Shown piece after piece: positions 26,732 through 37,439 of a stretch of DNA of 64,000 nucleotides. Position 1 is the first letter of the stretch. Every line of letters starts with the position of its first letter. A program made the position numbers and the translations under genes. Origin of the DNA: Bacteroidales bacterium (GTDB taxonomy: Bacteria > Bacteroidota > Bacteroidia > Bacteroidales > UBA932). The notes under the pieces are model-generated. The model was not told the DNA's origin and did no database searches. It worked only from the letters and a program-made list of their open reading frames with translations. The stretch covers positions 360 through 64,359 of the forward strand of contig JAFYWC010000098.1 of the NCBI GenBank assembly GCA_017546585.1. The letters run 5' to 3'.

Positions 26732-28321
26732 TTGAATATGAAGAACACATTAAAAAATATCCTTTTAGGTGGAGTAGCAGTGGCAATGCTTGCTTCTTGC
26801 GATCTTAACCTTTTCCCGAGCACATCCATTCCATATGAGGACGGGGACTTCCTTCTCCTTTCTAAGGATGATGTGATTGACTTCAACAACGGTGTGCTCG
26901 CAACATATAGAGGACTTCACTATGGTTCTCATTACCAGACAGTAGATGTTATGACAGAGTGCTTCAATGCATCTGTTGACTTCGGTAACAACTATGGCTT
27001 TGTTCATCGCCTTGGTGATGGTTTCAATGCAAATGACGGCAATGTTGAGGGTATTTGGGCTGCTCATTATGGCGCTATTATGACATATAACGTCGCAATT
27101 GAGCAGGTAGATATGCTTTTTGAACTTGATCCTGAGACTACATTTGCAGCATCTGCAAACTGGCTTAAGGCTACTGCATTGTTCTGCCGTGCATCGTCAT
27201 ATCTGACTCTTGCCAGAGCTTTCTCTGCAGACTATGATCCTGATACTGCAGCGGATGAACTCTCAGTTCCATTGATTCTTGTTTATAACCAGAAGGAGCT
27301 TCCGGTGCGTGAGACTCTTGAGAATGTGTACAAGCAGATTCTTGATGACCTGGATTATGCACAGGAACTTTTCGAGGACCTCATTGAGATTTCACCTGCT
27401 GTAAACCTTAATGGAACATCACTTTACCTCACTGGTGCACCTAAATCATTGGCACCTACTATTGATGCAGTGAAGGCTGTGAAGGCACGTTGCTGCCTCG
27501 ATATGCATTTGTATGATGACGCAGCTGACTATGCGATGGAACTGATCGATTCTGAAAAATATGTACTTGCTTCTTCTGCAGATGATATGTACATTGAGTT
27601 TATGACAGATGACGGTAAGGAGTCTATCGTCAGAATGTTCGCGACTAAGTCAGAAGGTGCGGTCGGATGTACAATCTATACTTCAGTAGGTAAGACTGAG
27701 GATGTCAAGTACTTCTCTCCTCTTTTCTTCCCTTCACAGGTTATCATTGATGCATATTCTAATACAGACCTCCGTAAGCAGCTTTGGTTCCCGGTATCTG
27801 GACAGGGTGACACTTATCCAGTAAGAGTACAGGGCTCATATTACGATGGAGTTCACGTATTTACAAAGTATATCGGTAACCCTGGTCTCCAGTCAGGTAA
27901 GGTTGAGGATGGCGCGCACTATTGCAAGCCTATTATGATTGCTGAGATGTACCTTATCGCTGCTGAGGCTTATGCAGCAGACGGTCAGGATGCTAAGGCT
28001 AAGACTGTTCTTAACAAGCTTAAGTCAGCTCGTAAGTCAGGATCTGCAACTGGTGACATCTGGGATGAAATCAAGGGTGAGTGGCTTAGAGAAACTGTAG
28101 GTGACGGTCAGAGAATCAACTGTATCAAGCGTTGGGGAGATGGTCTTCCAGCAAGACCTGCTCAGCCTGCTACACAGTCTCTTGTGATGACAACTCCACT
28201 TTCTGACTATACAGAGAGAACTGTTGATGCTGACAGTTACACACTCGTATGGCCAATCCCAAGTTACGAGATCAAGATCGCTCCAGGTCTTGTTCAGAAT
28301 CCAGGTTATTCTGCTCAGTAA
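26732..28321 (+). CDS. susD: SusD/RagB-family lipoprotein (1)
   Basis: Lipobox LASC, directly downstream of susC; IMIAEMYLIAAEA, WPIP..EI and QNPGY motifs. Confidence 0.92.
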   Translation: MNMKNTLKNILLGGVAVAMLASCDLNLFPSTSIPYEDGDFLLLSKDDVIDFNNGVLATYRGLHYGSHYQTVDVMTECFNASVDFGNNYGFVHRLGDGFNANDGNVEGIWAAHYGAIMTYNVAIEQVDMLFELDPETTFAASANWLKATALFCRASSYLTLARAFSADYDPDTAADELSVPLILVYNQKELPVRETLENVYKQILDDLDYAQELFEDLIEISPAVNLNGTSLYLTGAPKSLAPTIDAVKAVKARCCLDMHLYDDAADYAMELIDSEKYVLASSADDMYIEFMTDDGKESIVRMFATKSEGAVGCTIYTSVGKTEDVKYFSPLFFPSQVIIDAYSNTDLRKQLWFPVSGQGDTYPVRVQGSYYDGVHVFTKYIGNPGLQSGKVEDGAHYCKPIMIAEMYLIAAEAYAADGQDAKAKTVLNKLKSARKSGSATGDIWDEIKGEWLRETVGDGQRINCIKRWGDGLPARPAQPATQSLVMTTPLSDYTERTVDADSYTLVWPIPSYEIKIAPGLVQNPGYSAQ

Positions 28322-28340
28322 TTTTTAAAACATTACAGAA

Positions 28341-29216
28341 ATGAAAAGAAATCTTATACTCTTAGTCGCAGCGGTGTTTACTCTCCTTGCTGTTTCTTGT
28401 GGCAGAAAGGTGGAGTATGATTACCAGACATTTGCGACTTTATATACTACCTCATATATTACAAATGAGGCTGTTGGTGAAATAGAAATTCCTGTGATTC
28501 TTTATAATGCAACAGGTTCAGAGTCTCAGGTGTCTGTAAAACTCGTAGAAGGAAAGGCTGAGGAAGGCAAAGATATCGAGCTTATTTCACCTGCAAATGG
28601 AATCCTTGTATTTACTGGAGAGACAGATACTTTGAATGTTGTAGTTGGAATCACTTCTTATGTGGGTGAACTCACAGGTGCAAAGGACTTCAAGGTTCAG
28701 CTCACTAGCATTTCACCTGAAACATCTGTAGGTAATGTAAACACTGCAAAGGTGACTATCAATGACCTTGACCACCCACTTTATCCGTACTTCGGTTCTT
28801 GGAGCGGTAGCACACTTGAGGAGGTTTACACTGGAGCAGTTCATACTGTAAAGTTTGATATCGCAGAGTATCCTGATGATTATACAAAACTTCTCCTTAC
28901 TACAATTGACCCGATGATGTCATCAGTTGTTGGCTATACCAATGAGATTCAGCTTTATGCTAACGCTGTTCTCAACGAGGATGGCACAGGTCAGGTTGTA
29001 ATCCCTGCAGGACAGGCGACTGGCTTTGAGTATAGCTACGGCCCTTGGGTGTATATGGGTCTTAATGCTCAGAGTTTTGAAAACGCATCAGATTATACTG
29101 ATATCGTTTTCAACCTCAATGCTGATGGAGCAATAAATGTTCCTAATGCATATGGTATTTTCGATGATAGTTACATTTGGGCTAGCTACGTTGGTGGATT
29201 TAATCTTACTAAATAG
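28341..29216 (+). CDS. SusC/D-associated lipoprotein (Calx-beta/DUF4843-like N-domain)
   Basis: Lipobox AVSC, Ig-like N-half; third gene of the locus. Confidence 0.65.
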   Translation: MKRNLILLVAAVFTLLAVSCGRKVEYDYQTFATLYTTSYITNEAVGEIEIPVILYNATGSESQVSVKLVEGKAEEGKDIELISPANGILVFTGETDTLNVVVGITSYVGELTGAKDFKVQLTSISPETSVGNVNTAKVTINDLDHPLYPYFGSWSGSTLEEVYTGAVHTVKFDIAEYPDDYTKLLLTTIDPMMSSVVGYTNEIQLYANAVLNEDGTGQVVIPAGQATGFEYSYGPWVYMGLNAQSFENASDYTDIVFNLNADGAINVPNAYGIFDDSYIWASYVGGFNLTK

Positions 29217-29240
29217 TGCTGGTTACTTATAATTAATTGA

Positions 29241-29271
29241 GGTGAGCGGTCAATTTGACCGCCCACCTTTT
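29241..29271 (+). terminator. Terminator-like hairpin inside the locus
   Basis: GGTGAGCGGTCAA-T-TTGACCGCCCACC followed by TTTT. Confidence 0.55.
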
Positions 29272-29293
29272 AAACATTTTATAAACTTATTAT

Positions 29294-31885
29294 ATGAAGC
29301 ATTGTCTTGCTGCCCTTATGATGGCAGCTGTTCTGCTCTCTTGTGTTAGAGAGGAGGTTTTAGTGCCTGAACCTGATGCTACAGTCGGATCCAATGTTGA
29401 TCCCGGCTGTAATTATGTGCAAGGTGAGGCCCGTGTTTATCTCAGTGAGGAACTCGCAGGGATGGTTGAAGAGGCTGCTCAGTCAGGTTCAGTCGTTACA
29501 AAGTCTGCCGGCTTGAATGACGCTCTTGCCGAGCTCGGAATTACTGAAATCCATCGTCTTTTCCCATATGCTGGCGAGTATGAGGAACGTACCAGAAGAG
29601 AAGGACTTCACAGATGGTATGTGGTAAGATATTCACAGGACGTAGCTCTTACCAAAGCTCAGGTAAGCCTTGAACACGTGCCAGGTATCGATGTGTTCGA
29701 GCCTGTGATGCAGATCAAGATCAATGACTTCAATGATTTGAATGCAGATTTGTGGGGACTCTATAACCAGTCATATATCGGATTTGATATCAATGTGAAA
29801 CCTGTATGGGAGCAGTATACTACAGGAAACCCTGATGTCATTGTTAGTGTTGTAGACAATGGTGTAGATCTCAAGCACGAAGATCTTGCGGATAACTGTC
29901 TGACTTCCGGTCATTACAATGCTGTGTCAAATACAAGCTATATAAAGGCTGGAGCTCACGGTACTCACGTGGCAGGTATCATTGCTGCTGTGAACAACAA
30001 CGGAAAGGGTGTAGCCAGTGTTGCAGGTGGCGACAAAGCAAACGGAAAGCCTGGCGTCAAGATTATGTCTTGCCAGATCTTTGAGGACCAGCCTGACGGT
30101 ACAACAAATAGTGCCGGTGGTGCAGTTGCCATTAAATGGGGTGCTGATCACGGTGCCGTCATTTCGCAGAATAGCTGGGGATACACTTTCGACTATGATG
30201 GCAATGGTGTACTTGAGGGAGATGAATTGACAAGAGCTCTTAGTGCCACTATCAGTAGTTCAGATAAGGCTGCAGTAGATTACTTTATTAAGTATGCAGG
30301 ATGTGACAATTATGGCAATCAATTGCCAGGATCCCCTATGAAAGGTGGAGTTGTGATCTTTGCAGCAGGTAATGACAATATTGCCAATGGTGCTCCTGCA
30401 GAGTACGATGCTGTCATTGCAGTTGGATCAGTTGCATATAACAGGACAAAGTCTACTTTCTCCAACTATGGTGATTGGGTTGACATTTGTGCTCCAGGTA
30501 CAAACATCAAGAGTACTATCCCAGATAGCAGATATGCTTTAATGAGCGGAACATCAATGGCTTGTCCGCACGTTTCCGGTGTGGCAGCACTGATCGTTTC
30601 ATATTTCGGTGGCCAGGGATTTACCAATGAGATGCTTAAGGAGAAACTTCTCAATAGTGCTAATTACGACGCTATTTCAAAGACCAACAGAATCGGTGGC
30701 TTGGTAGATACCTATGGTGCATTCGTTTATGGAAATGACAAGGCACCTGCAAAGGTTGTTGACCTTAAGGCTACCGGTCGCGGAAACAATATCGATCTTA
30801 TGTTTACTGCAACAGCTGATGAGGATGGAAAGCCAGCTTACGGTTACCTTGCTATCTACGGAACAGACAGAGCAAAGGTTGAAAATGCGACACCTAGTTC
30901 TCTTGTAGGAGTCCAGTCTTTTGCACTTACTTCTGAGGCAGTTGAGGGTGAGCAGGTTACATTTGTTGTTCCTGGTCTTGAATTTGAGGCACAGTATTAT
31001 GTAAAGGTCCTCGCATATTCATATGGACGCAGCTATTCTGATGCTACAGAAGTGATGTCGGCGGTGACAACAGAGAATCACGCTCCAGTTGTGACAATTG
31101 ACTATGAGGGTGAGATCTCTTTGATGTCTTCTCAGACATTGAATATCTCAATGACAATCGCAGATCCTGATGGACACGAAATAGAAGTCGTTCTAAAGGA
31201 AGGATCTGGAGCAGAAACAATTACTTTGCTTCCAGATGGAACTTGGCGTCTGGTTATTAAGGGTACAGATGCAGAAGTTGGTTCTTATGTCCTTAACATT
31301 GTCGTTACAGACCAGTATGGACTTGTTGCGACATATCCGGTCAAATATACTATCAGAGAAAACTCAGCTCCTGAGAAGATCAAGGATATCGAGGATGTGC
31401 TCCTTACTGCCAAGGGCAGAGAGTTCGTTATCGATATGACAGAGTATGTGAGCGATCCTGACGGCGAGTCGCTTAAGTATGACGTTGTTGCTGCCAATGC
31501 AAAGATCGCATACGTCAATGTCAAGGGCGACAAGCTCATCGGAACAGGTCTCGCGTATGGCGCTACAGAAATGACTGTCACTGCAAAGGATGCACGTGGC
31601 GAGAAGGTGGTGTTCACATTCAAGGTGACTGTCAAGGATCCTTCTGATCCGTTGTCGCTCTATCCTAATCCGGTGGTTGATTACCTCTATGTAGGTACAT
31701 TGGATATGGCAGACACTGAGATCGTGATCTCATCTGCTGCCGGCAAGGTGATGTTCAAGGAGACAATGAAGGTAAGTGCTCAGGAGCCTGCAAAGGTGGA
31801 TATGACCGGTTATGCTCCGGGAACTTACTCTGTGAAGGCTACATTTGCTGGAAAGTCTTATACTAAAACGGTAGTTAAACTCTAA
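29294..31885 (+). CDS. S8 subtilase with lipobox, Ig/FN3-like domains and a T9SS type A C-terminal domain
   Basis: LLSC; triad VVDNGVD / HGTHVAG / GTSMACPHVSG; C-terminus LYPNPVVDYLYV...GTYSVKA...KTVVKL. Confidence 0.92.
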   Translation: MKHCLAALMMAAVLLSCVREEVLVPEPDATVGSNVDPGCNYVQGEARVYLSEELAGMVEEAAQSGSVVTKSAGLNDALAELGITEIHRLFPYAGEYEERTRREGLHRWYVVRYSQDVALTKAQVSLEHVPGIDVFEPVMQIKINDFNDLNADLWGLYNQSYIGFDINVKPVWEQYTTGNPDVIVSVVDNGVDLKHEDLADNCLTSGHYNAVSNTSYIKAGAHGTHVAGIIAAVNNNGKGVASVAGGDKANGKPGVKIMSCQIFEDQPDGTTNSAGGAVAIKWGADHGAVISQNSWGYTFDYDGNGVLEGDELTRALSATISSSDKAAVDYFIKYAGCDNYGNQLPGSPMKGGVVIFAAGNDNIANGAPAEYDAVIAVGSVAYNRTKSTFSNYGDWVDICAPGTNIKSTIPDSRYALMSGTSMACPHVSGVAALIVSYFGGQGFTNEMLKEKLLNSANYDAISKTNRIGGLVDTYGAFVYGNDKAPAKVVDLKATGRGNNIDLMFTATADEDGKPAYGYLAIYGTDRAKVENATPSSLVGVQSFALTSEAVEGEQVTFVVPGLEFEAQYYVKVLAYSYGRSYSDATEVMSAVTTENHAPVVTIDYEGEISLMSSQTLNISMTIADPDGHEIEVVLKEGSGAETITLLPDGTWRLVIKGTDAEVGSYVLNIVVTDQYGLVATYPVKYTIRENSAPEKIKDIEDVLLTAKGREFVIDMTEYVSDPDGESLKYDVVAANAKIAYVNVKGDKLIGTGLAYGATEMTVTAKDARGEKVVFTFKVTVKDPSDPLSLYPNPVVDYLYVGTLDMADTEIVISSAAGKVMFKETMKVSAQEPAKVDMTGYAPGTYSVKATFAGKSYTKTVVKL

Positions 31886-32805
31886 TGATTATGAAGAAGT
31901 TAGCATATATCGCAGGAGCTCTTATGCTCCTTTTCCCTGCGCTCGCAGGTGCGCAGGCACTGCCGTTTGTTGCAGCTGAGAGCGACGCTGCAAGCCTTGG
32001 TATGGCAGGTGCAAACCTGACTCAGACCGGCTCTGTTGCGAATGCATCTTTCTATAATGCAGCTGTGATTCCGTTCTCGGAGTCTAAGATGGACTATGCC
32101 GCAGGCTACACTATGTGGCAGCCATCAGCAGCGTCAAGCAACATTCTCAATGTGGCTGGCGCATACAACCTCAATCAGAAGTTCGGTGTGGCTGTAGGAT
32201 TCCAGTACGGAATGAACCAGGCTTATGACATCACTGATGCAAGCGGTTCAGTGAAGGGTCAGTTCAAGCCTTCTGATATGCATATCAACGCAGGTTTCTC
32301 TTACAGATTCCTTCCGTACCTTTCTCTCGGTGCGAATGTAGGCTATGCTACCAGCAAGCTCGCTGAGGGTTATTCATATGGCGCTCTCGCAGCTGACGTG
32401 TTCGCAATGGCGAAGTTCGGCGGCGTGAAGGTTACTGCAGGTGTTGCAAACATCGGTACTTCAGTGACTTCAAAGAGCGGTGCGAAGTTCTGCCTTCCTG
32501 GCTCAGTAGCACTCGGCGCAGGTTATGAGGCTTCATTTGCGGATGTTCACTCTGTGGATGTGGCTCTTGATGCAGATTACTACTTCAGCGGCGGTTTTGC
32601 TGCGGCTCTCGGTGCGGCATATACATTCAATGACCTCGTTTCTGTGAAAGCAGGTTACCGTTACGGCGGCAAGTCTCCTGTAGGCTCCTTCGCATCGGTT
32701 GGCGTAGGCGCGAAGTTTATGGGCATCAAGCTTGATGTAGCATACCTCATCGGCTCAGGTGCATTGAAGAACACTTTGGCCCTTACATTGGGATACGCGT
32801 TCTAG
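31885..32805 (+). CDS. PorV/PorQ-like outer-membrane beta-barrel
   Basis: Signal peptide, ALPFV...DAASLGMAGA...ASFYNAA start typical of the PorV family, amphipathic strands, terminal LGYAF. Confidence 0.75.
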   Translation: MIMKKLAYIAGALMLLFPALAGAQALPFVAAESDAASLGMAGANLTQTGSVANASFYNAAVIPFSESKMDYAAGYTMWQPSAASSNILNVAGAYNLNQKFGVAVGFQYGMNQAYDITDASGSVKGQFKPSDMHINAGFSYRFLPYLSLGANVGYATSKLAEGYSYGALAADVFAMAKFGGVKVTAGVANIGTSVTSKSGAKFCLPGSVALGAGYEASFADVHSVDVALDADYYFSGGFAAALGAAYTFNDLVSVKAGYRYGGKSPVGSFASVGVGAKFMGIKLDVAYLIGSGALKNTLALTLGYAF

Positions 32806-32809
32806 GTCT

Positions 32810-32899
32810 AGCACGGAAAACACGTAAAAGCGTGGCAGATCCGACCTTCGAGGTGGGTATCTGCCACGCTTTCGTTATGTTTCCGTGGAAGATATTTCC
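32810..32899. repeat. REP-like palindromic element, dispersed copy 1
   Basis: Core AAAGCGTGGCAGAT-CCGACC-TTCGA-GGTGGGT-ATCTGCCACGCTTT shared with the copies at 56723, 57788 and 61569. Confidence 0.9.
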
Positions 32900-32977
32900 C
32901 GCCGACGATTTTTATTTGGCAGATTTTTTGGTTTGGCGTGACCAACGTCTGATAAAGAACATATTAAATCGTTGGTT

Positions 32978-35900
32978 ATGATCAGGAAAATCGTAATTAC
33001 GCTGACTGCCGTTTTAGGGTTTCTGTCCCTGGCAGCAGCACAAAACCTGACAGTCTCAGGTACGGTCACGGATTCGGAGGGCTATCCTCTGGATGGCGCG
33101 ACCGTAATAGTTAAAGGAACTACTACGGGAGTTTCTGTGGGTTCCGATGGAAGATATGAACTGAAGGTTACGGCTGATGCAGTTCTTGTGGCTTCGTATC
33201 TCGGTTATCTGACCCAGGAACTGCCGGTGGCAGGTGAACATACGCTGAACTTCGTCCTTTACGAGGATACGGCGTATCTCGATGATGTCATCATAGTCGC
33301 TTATGGCTCGATGTCGAAGTCGGATTTTACCGGTTCGGCTTCGCAGGTCAGCGGTGATGACATCGCACAGGCTTCAAGAGAGTCAGTTGACAAGGCTCTT
33401 GTCGGCAAGATGGCCGGTGTGCGTATCGCTTCGGACAGCGGCGATCCCGGTTCAGCCGGAAATGTACAGATACGAGGTGTGGGTTCGATTTCTGCCGGAA
33501 CCGCACCTCTTTATGTAGTGGATGGTGTGGTGATGTCTTCTTCTACCCAGAGCGATCTCCAGGTGGGCTACAAGAGTACGGGTATCCTCAATACATTGAA
33601 TCCGGAGGACATCGAGTCGGTGACCGTGTTGAAGGATGCTGCTGCGGCTTCTCTTTACGGATCCCGCGCTGCAAATGGAGTGATCCTCATCACTACGAAG
33701 AGAGGAAAACTAGGCAAGACCACTGTCTCATACAGCGGAGAGACAGGAATCTCTGCGATGGCAAATCCGAGGGCGTTCACCTTGATGGATGCTTCGCAAT
33801 TCATTCAGTATCTGAAGGATGCGGGTAACAACGCCTATGCTTTGAATCCTGCTTATTCATACGGCTACACCGGAGAACAGATTGCAGATATGGTTGCGGA
33901 TCCGACAGGCAGAACCAATACGAACTGGAAGAATTATGTGTTCGGATGTGCCTTCCAGCATAATCATCAGGTCAGTATGACCGCGGGTAGTGAAAAGACC
34001 CAGATCTATGTGGGCCTGGGTTATGCAGACACAGACGGTATCGTGACAGGTTCTTATTTCAAACGATATTCCGGCAGAGTGAATGTGGATCATAGGGTCA
34101 GCGACTGGCTTAAGATCGGAGTAAGGCAGATGGTTTCGTTTACGGATTCCAGAGGTCACAGCGACCAGACCAATCAGGCTCAGGGAATGGGTTATGCTAC
34201 TCCGCTCGGAGTGTTGACTCAAAGTGACCCGACAGCAAAGCCTATCAATGATGACGGCACCTGGAACGAGTATGTGAGCTGGAGCGGCCAGACCGGCAAT
34301 CCTCATCTTGTGTTTGCCAGTGATACGGAGTATAACAAGTCGACAATGATGAGGAGTCTTTCGAACTTGGATCTTGAACTGAAGTTCGCTGATTTCCTTA
34401 GCCTTGTGAACACTTTCGGCTATGATTATATTGACAATAAACAGTATCTGTGGTGGGCTCCGTCTTCGATCGACGGCGCGGCGCTGAACGGCTTGAGCGC
34501 CGTGTATGTGTTTCAGACTGATGATCTTGTGAATTCGACTCTGATGAAGTACAGCGGCAGTTACGGTATGAATTCGATCTCTGCGATGGCTGGATTCGAG
34601 GTGGCTGACCATCAGGTGAAATATACATATGCGGGTGCGAACAACTATCCGAACGACAAGCTTAATGCTTTGTCTGTGGGACAGATGAACGGAGTGGGCG
34701 GAGCTACAGACAGGTCGTTTATGATGTCCTTCCTTGCAAATGTCAATTACGATTACGGTAACACGTATTATGCTTCGGCGTCGTATCGACGTGACGGCTC
34801 GTCGCGTCTCGGACCAGACAGCCGCTGGGCGGACTTCTGGTCCGTGTCCGCTGCCTGGCGCCTCAGCAACGAGCCTTTTATGAAGAATGTGTCCAGACTG
34901 TTCTCCGACTTCAAGATAAAGGCTTCATACGGTACCAACGGAAATCTTCCGGCTGAATATTATGCATATAAAGGTCTCTATTCGGCAAGTGGAGGCTACG
35001 GAACAGCGTCGGGAATTTACTGGAGCAATCCGGAAAACGATAACCTTGGCTGGGAGAAGTCCCGCAACTTCAATGTGGGCTTCGACTGGAGCCTGTATCA
35101 CAGGATAGACATAGCCTTGGAGTACTATAACAAGTACACCAGTTCGCTGATTTTCAATATGCCAGCATCTGCTGTGACAGGCTTCAGCAGCTACACTTCC
35201 AATGTCGGAAACCTTCTGAATGACGGTATCGAGTTTGAGTTGAGTTCTCAGAATGTGACTCTTAGAAATTTCACTTGGACGACTGATTTCAACTTCACCT
35301 GGCAACGTTCCATCGTGAAGAATCTGCCTAACGGAGGAGCCGACATACCATACGGCGACGGCAGTATGTACATCCACAGAGAGGGCGCTTCGATGTACTC
35401 GTTCTATCTTCCGGTCTGGAAGGGTGTGAACCCTGAAAACGGCCTTGGAGAGTTCTGGGTCGATCCTGAGGACCACTCGAAGGGTGTCACAAACTACTAT
35501 TCCGAGGCGAACAACACTATAGTCGGTAAGGCTATTCCGGACTTCATCGGAGGTCTCACAAATACGTTCTCGTTCCTGGATGGATTTATGGATCTTTCAT
35601 TCCTGATTTCGTATCAGTTCGGAGGATCGCTCTTCGACTATCCTGGATACTTCACTCACAGTGACGGCTTCCGCGCCGCTTCTATGAATGCGGCAGCAGA
35701 CGCCGCAGATTACTGGACTCCACAGAATACCGATGCGAAATATCCTAAGCCGATTATGAACAACCCGTACAGATGGGACAGATTCTCCAGCAGACTGATA
35801 AAGTCTACAGACAATATCAGAGTGCGCGAAATCGTCTTCGGATTCAACATTCCTGTGGAGATGAACCTTCAGGCTATGAGGGTGTATTTCAAGACCACAA

Positions 35901-36022
35901 ATCCGTTCATCATCTGGTCTGCAACTCCTGACATCGACCCTGATGTGGCTATAAACGGCTACAGGACAGTGGATGTTCCGGTGACCAGGTCCGTGATCTT
36001 CGGCGTTAATATAACATTTTGA
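32978..36022 (+). CDS. susC: SusC/RagA-family TonB-dependent transporter (2)
   Basis: ATG 32978; LKDAAAASLYGSRAANGV; terminal GVNITF. Confidence 0.95.
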   Translation: MIRKIVITLTAVLGFLSLAAAQNLTVSGTVTDSEGYPLDGATVIVKGTTTGVSVGSDGRYELKVTADAVLVASYLGYLTQELPVAGEHTLNFVLYEDTAYLDDVIIVAYGSMSKSDFTGSASQVSGDDIAQASRESVDKALVGKMAGVRIASDSGDPGSAGNVQIRGVGSISAGTAPLYVVDGVVMSSSTQSDLQVGYKSTGILNTLNPEDIESVTVLKDAAAASLYGSRAANGVILITTKRGKLGKTTVSYSGETGISAMANPRAFTLMDASQFIQYLKDAGNNAYALNPAYSYGYTGEQIADMVADPTGRTNTNWKNYVFGCAFQHNHQVSMTAGSEKTQIYVGLGYADTDGIVTGSYFKRYSGRVNVDHRVSDWLKIGVRQMVSFTDSRGHSDQTNQAQGMGYATPLGVLTQSDPTAKPINDDGTWNEYVSWSGQTGNPHLVFASDTEYNKSTMMRSLSNLDLELKFADFLSLVNTFGYDYIDNKQYLWWAPSSIDGAALNGLSAVYVFQTDDLVNSTLMKYSGSYGMNSISAMAGFEVADHQVKYTYAGANNYPNDKLNALSVGQMNGVGGATDRSFMMSFLANVNYDYGNTYYASASYRRDGSSRLGPDSRWADFWSVSAAWRLSNEPFMKNVSRLFSDFKIKASYGTNGNLPAEYYAYKGLYSASGGYGTASGIYWSNPENDNLGWEKSRNFNVGFDWSLYHRIDIALEYYNKYTSSLIFNMPASAVTGFSSYTSNVGNLLNDGIEFELSSQNVTLRNFTWTTDFNFTWQRSIVKNLPNGGADIPYGDGSMYIHREGASMYSFYLPVWKGVNPENGLGEFWVDPEDHSKGVTNYYSEANNTIVGKAIPDFIGGLTNTFSFLDGFMDLSFLISYQFGGSLFDYPGYFTHSDGFRAASMNAAADAADYWTPQNTDAKYPKPIMNNPYRWDRFSSRLIKSTDNIRVREIVFGFNIPVEMNLQAMRVYFKTTNPFIIWSATPDIDPDVAINGYRTVDVPVTRSVIFGVNITF

Positions 36023-36033
36023 TAATTAAAGAT

Positions 36034-37428
36034 ATGAAAGCATTGAGATATATCATACCGGTTTCGCTGATCCTTGCAGCCTGTGAGGCTCTGGATCAGG
36101 AGCCGTCGACATCTGTAACAACGGACACGGCGATAACGAGTGTCGAAGACCTGGCGAATGCGGTCAACGGAGCCTATTATGTAGCGACATACGGTACTAT
36201 ACTGACTGTCGCGTCGGAGATGTCCATCTATGCGGACCTTGTGGGTCCGGATTCTTATCAGCCGGCGTCTTCCGGTCAGAGTGCGACACGACTTGCGCAG
36301 TTCTCTATGACGCCTGCCGACACATACAACATCTACTTCTATCTGTACGCAGCCCTCGCCAGCGTCAACAACGCTCTGGTCCAGGCGCAGCAGCTGGAGG
36401 ATCAGGCTGCAGCTGCCCCATATGTGGCCGAACTGTACGCTATGCGCGGTCTGTTCCATTTCCATCTGGCGACTTATTTCGCTCCACTTCCGACTTCCGG
36501 CAGTACCAATGAAATGGGTATTGTGCTCTCGGATAAAGTGTTTGATATCAATTATATAGGTGAGCGTGCGACTCTCTCGGATACCTATGCGTTCATCATC
36601 AGCGACTTTACGAAGGCGATAGATTCAGGACTGAACCAGGAGAGGAATCCAGGTCATCTGAACTATTGGGCGGCGCTGGCTTTGCGTGCCCGTGCAAACC
36701 TCTATAACGGAGACTGGGAGGCGGCTTTGGATGATGCGGAGGAGGTGATTGAAAATTCTCCTTACACACTCTATACGACAGACAATTACACAAAGGTCTG
36801 GTCGGTGACCGGTGCTGACGAGATGCTGATGGAGTATATCCAGACAGACACCTACAATGCCCAGAGATATGCGCCGGGCTACTACACCTCTCCTCGCGGC
36901 TACTCGGAGTACGGTGTCTCGCCGGCTTTCTATGCCTGGCTGACCCAGAACCCTTCCGATGTGCGCTCCCAGATGGCGGCTGATATGACGGCGGCTCCCG
37001 GCTCCGACCCGGACTTCAACGCGGGTTATTACCCGCTGAAGTATCCGGGCAACGCCGGCGCGTCCGTCCCTGCATATGTGAACAACATCAAAGTCATACG
37101 TCTTTCTGAGATGTACCTCATCGCAGCTGAAGCCGCCTTGAAGGCCGGCGGCTCCGCTGCGCCGTACGTGAACACCCTAAGGCGCAACAGGATAACAGGT
37201 TACGAGGATGTGGAGGCCGTGACTCTGAACGATATTCTTGACGAGAGACGCAAGGAATTCTTCGCGGAGGGTCAGATCGCTTTCGATTTCTGGAGAAACG
37301 GAATGACCGTCTACGGAAATGCGATGACCATCTCTGCGGATGACTACAGGACAGTGCTTCCTCTGCCCGAAGAGGAGATCGATCTGGCTAAAGGAAAACT
37401 CGTTCAGAATCCCGGTTACGGAAATTAA
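36034..37428 (+). CDS. susD: SusD/RagB-family lipoprotein (2)
   Basis: Start MKALRY, lipobox LAAC; IRLSEMYLIAAEA, ERRKEFFAEG and QNPGY motifs. Confidence 0.93.
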   Translation: MKALRYIIPVSLILAACEALDQEPSTSVTTDTAITSVEDLANAVNGAYYVATYGTILTVASEMSIYADLVGPDSYQPASSGQSATRLAQFSMTPADTYNIYFYLYAALASVNNALVQAQQLEDQAAAAPYVAELYAMRGLFHFHLATYFAPLPTSGSTNEMGIVLSDKVFDINYIGERATLSDTYAFIISDFTKAIDSGLNQERNPGHLNYWAALALRARANLYNGDWEAALDDAEEVIENSPYTLYTTDNYTKVWSVTGADEMLMEYIQTDTYNAQRYAPGYYTSPRGYSEYGVSPAFYAWLTQNPSDVRSQMAADMTAAPGSDPDFNAGYYPLKYPGNAGASVPAYVNNIKVIRLSEMYLIAAEAALKAGGSAAPYVNTLRRNRITGYEDVEAVTLNDILDERRKEFFAEGQIAFDFWRNGMTVYGNAMTISADDYRTVLPLPEEEIDLAKGKLVQNPGYGN

Positions 37429-37439
37429 CTGAAGTGCCA

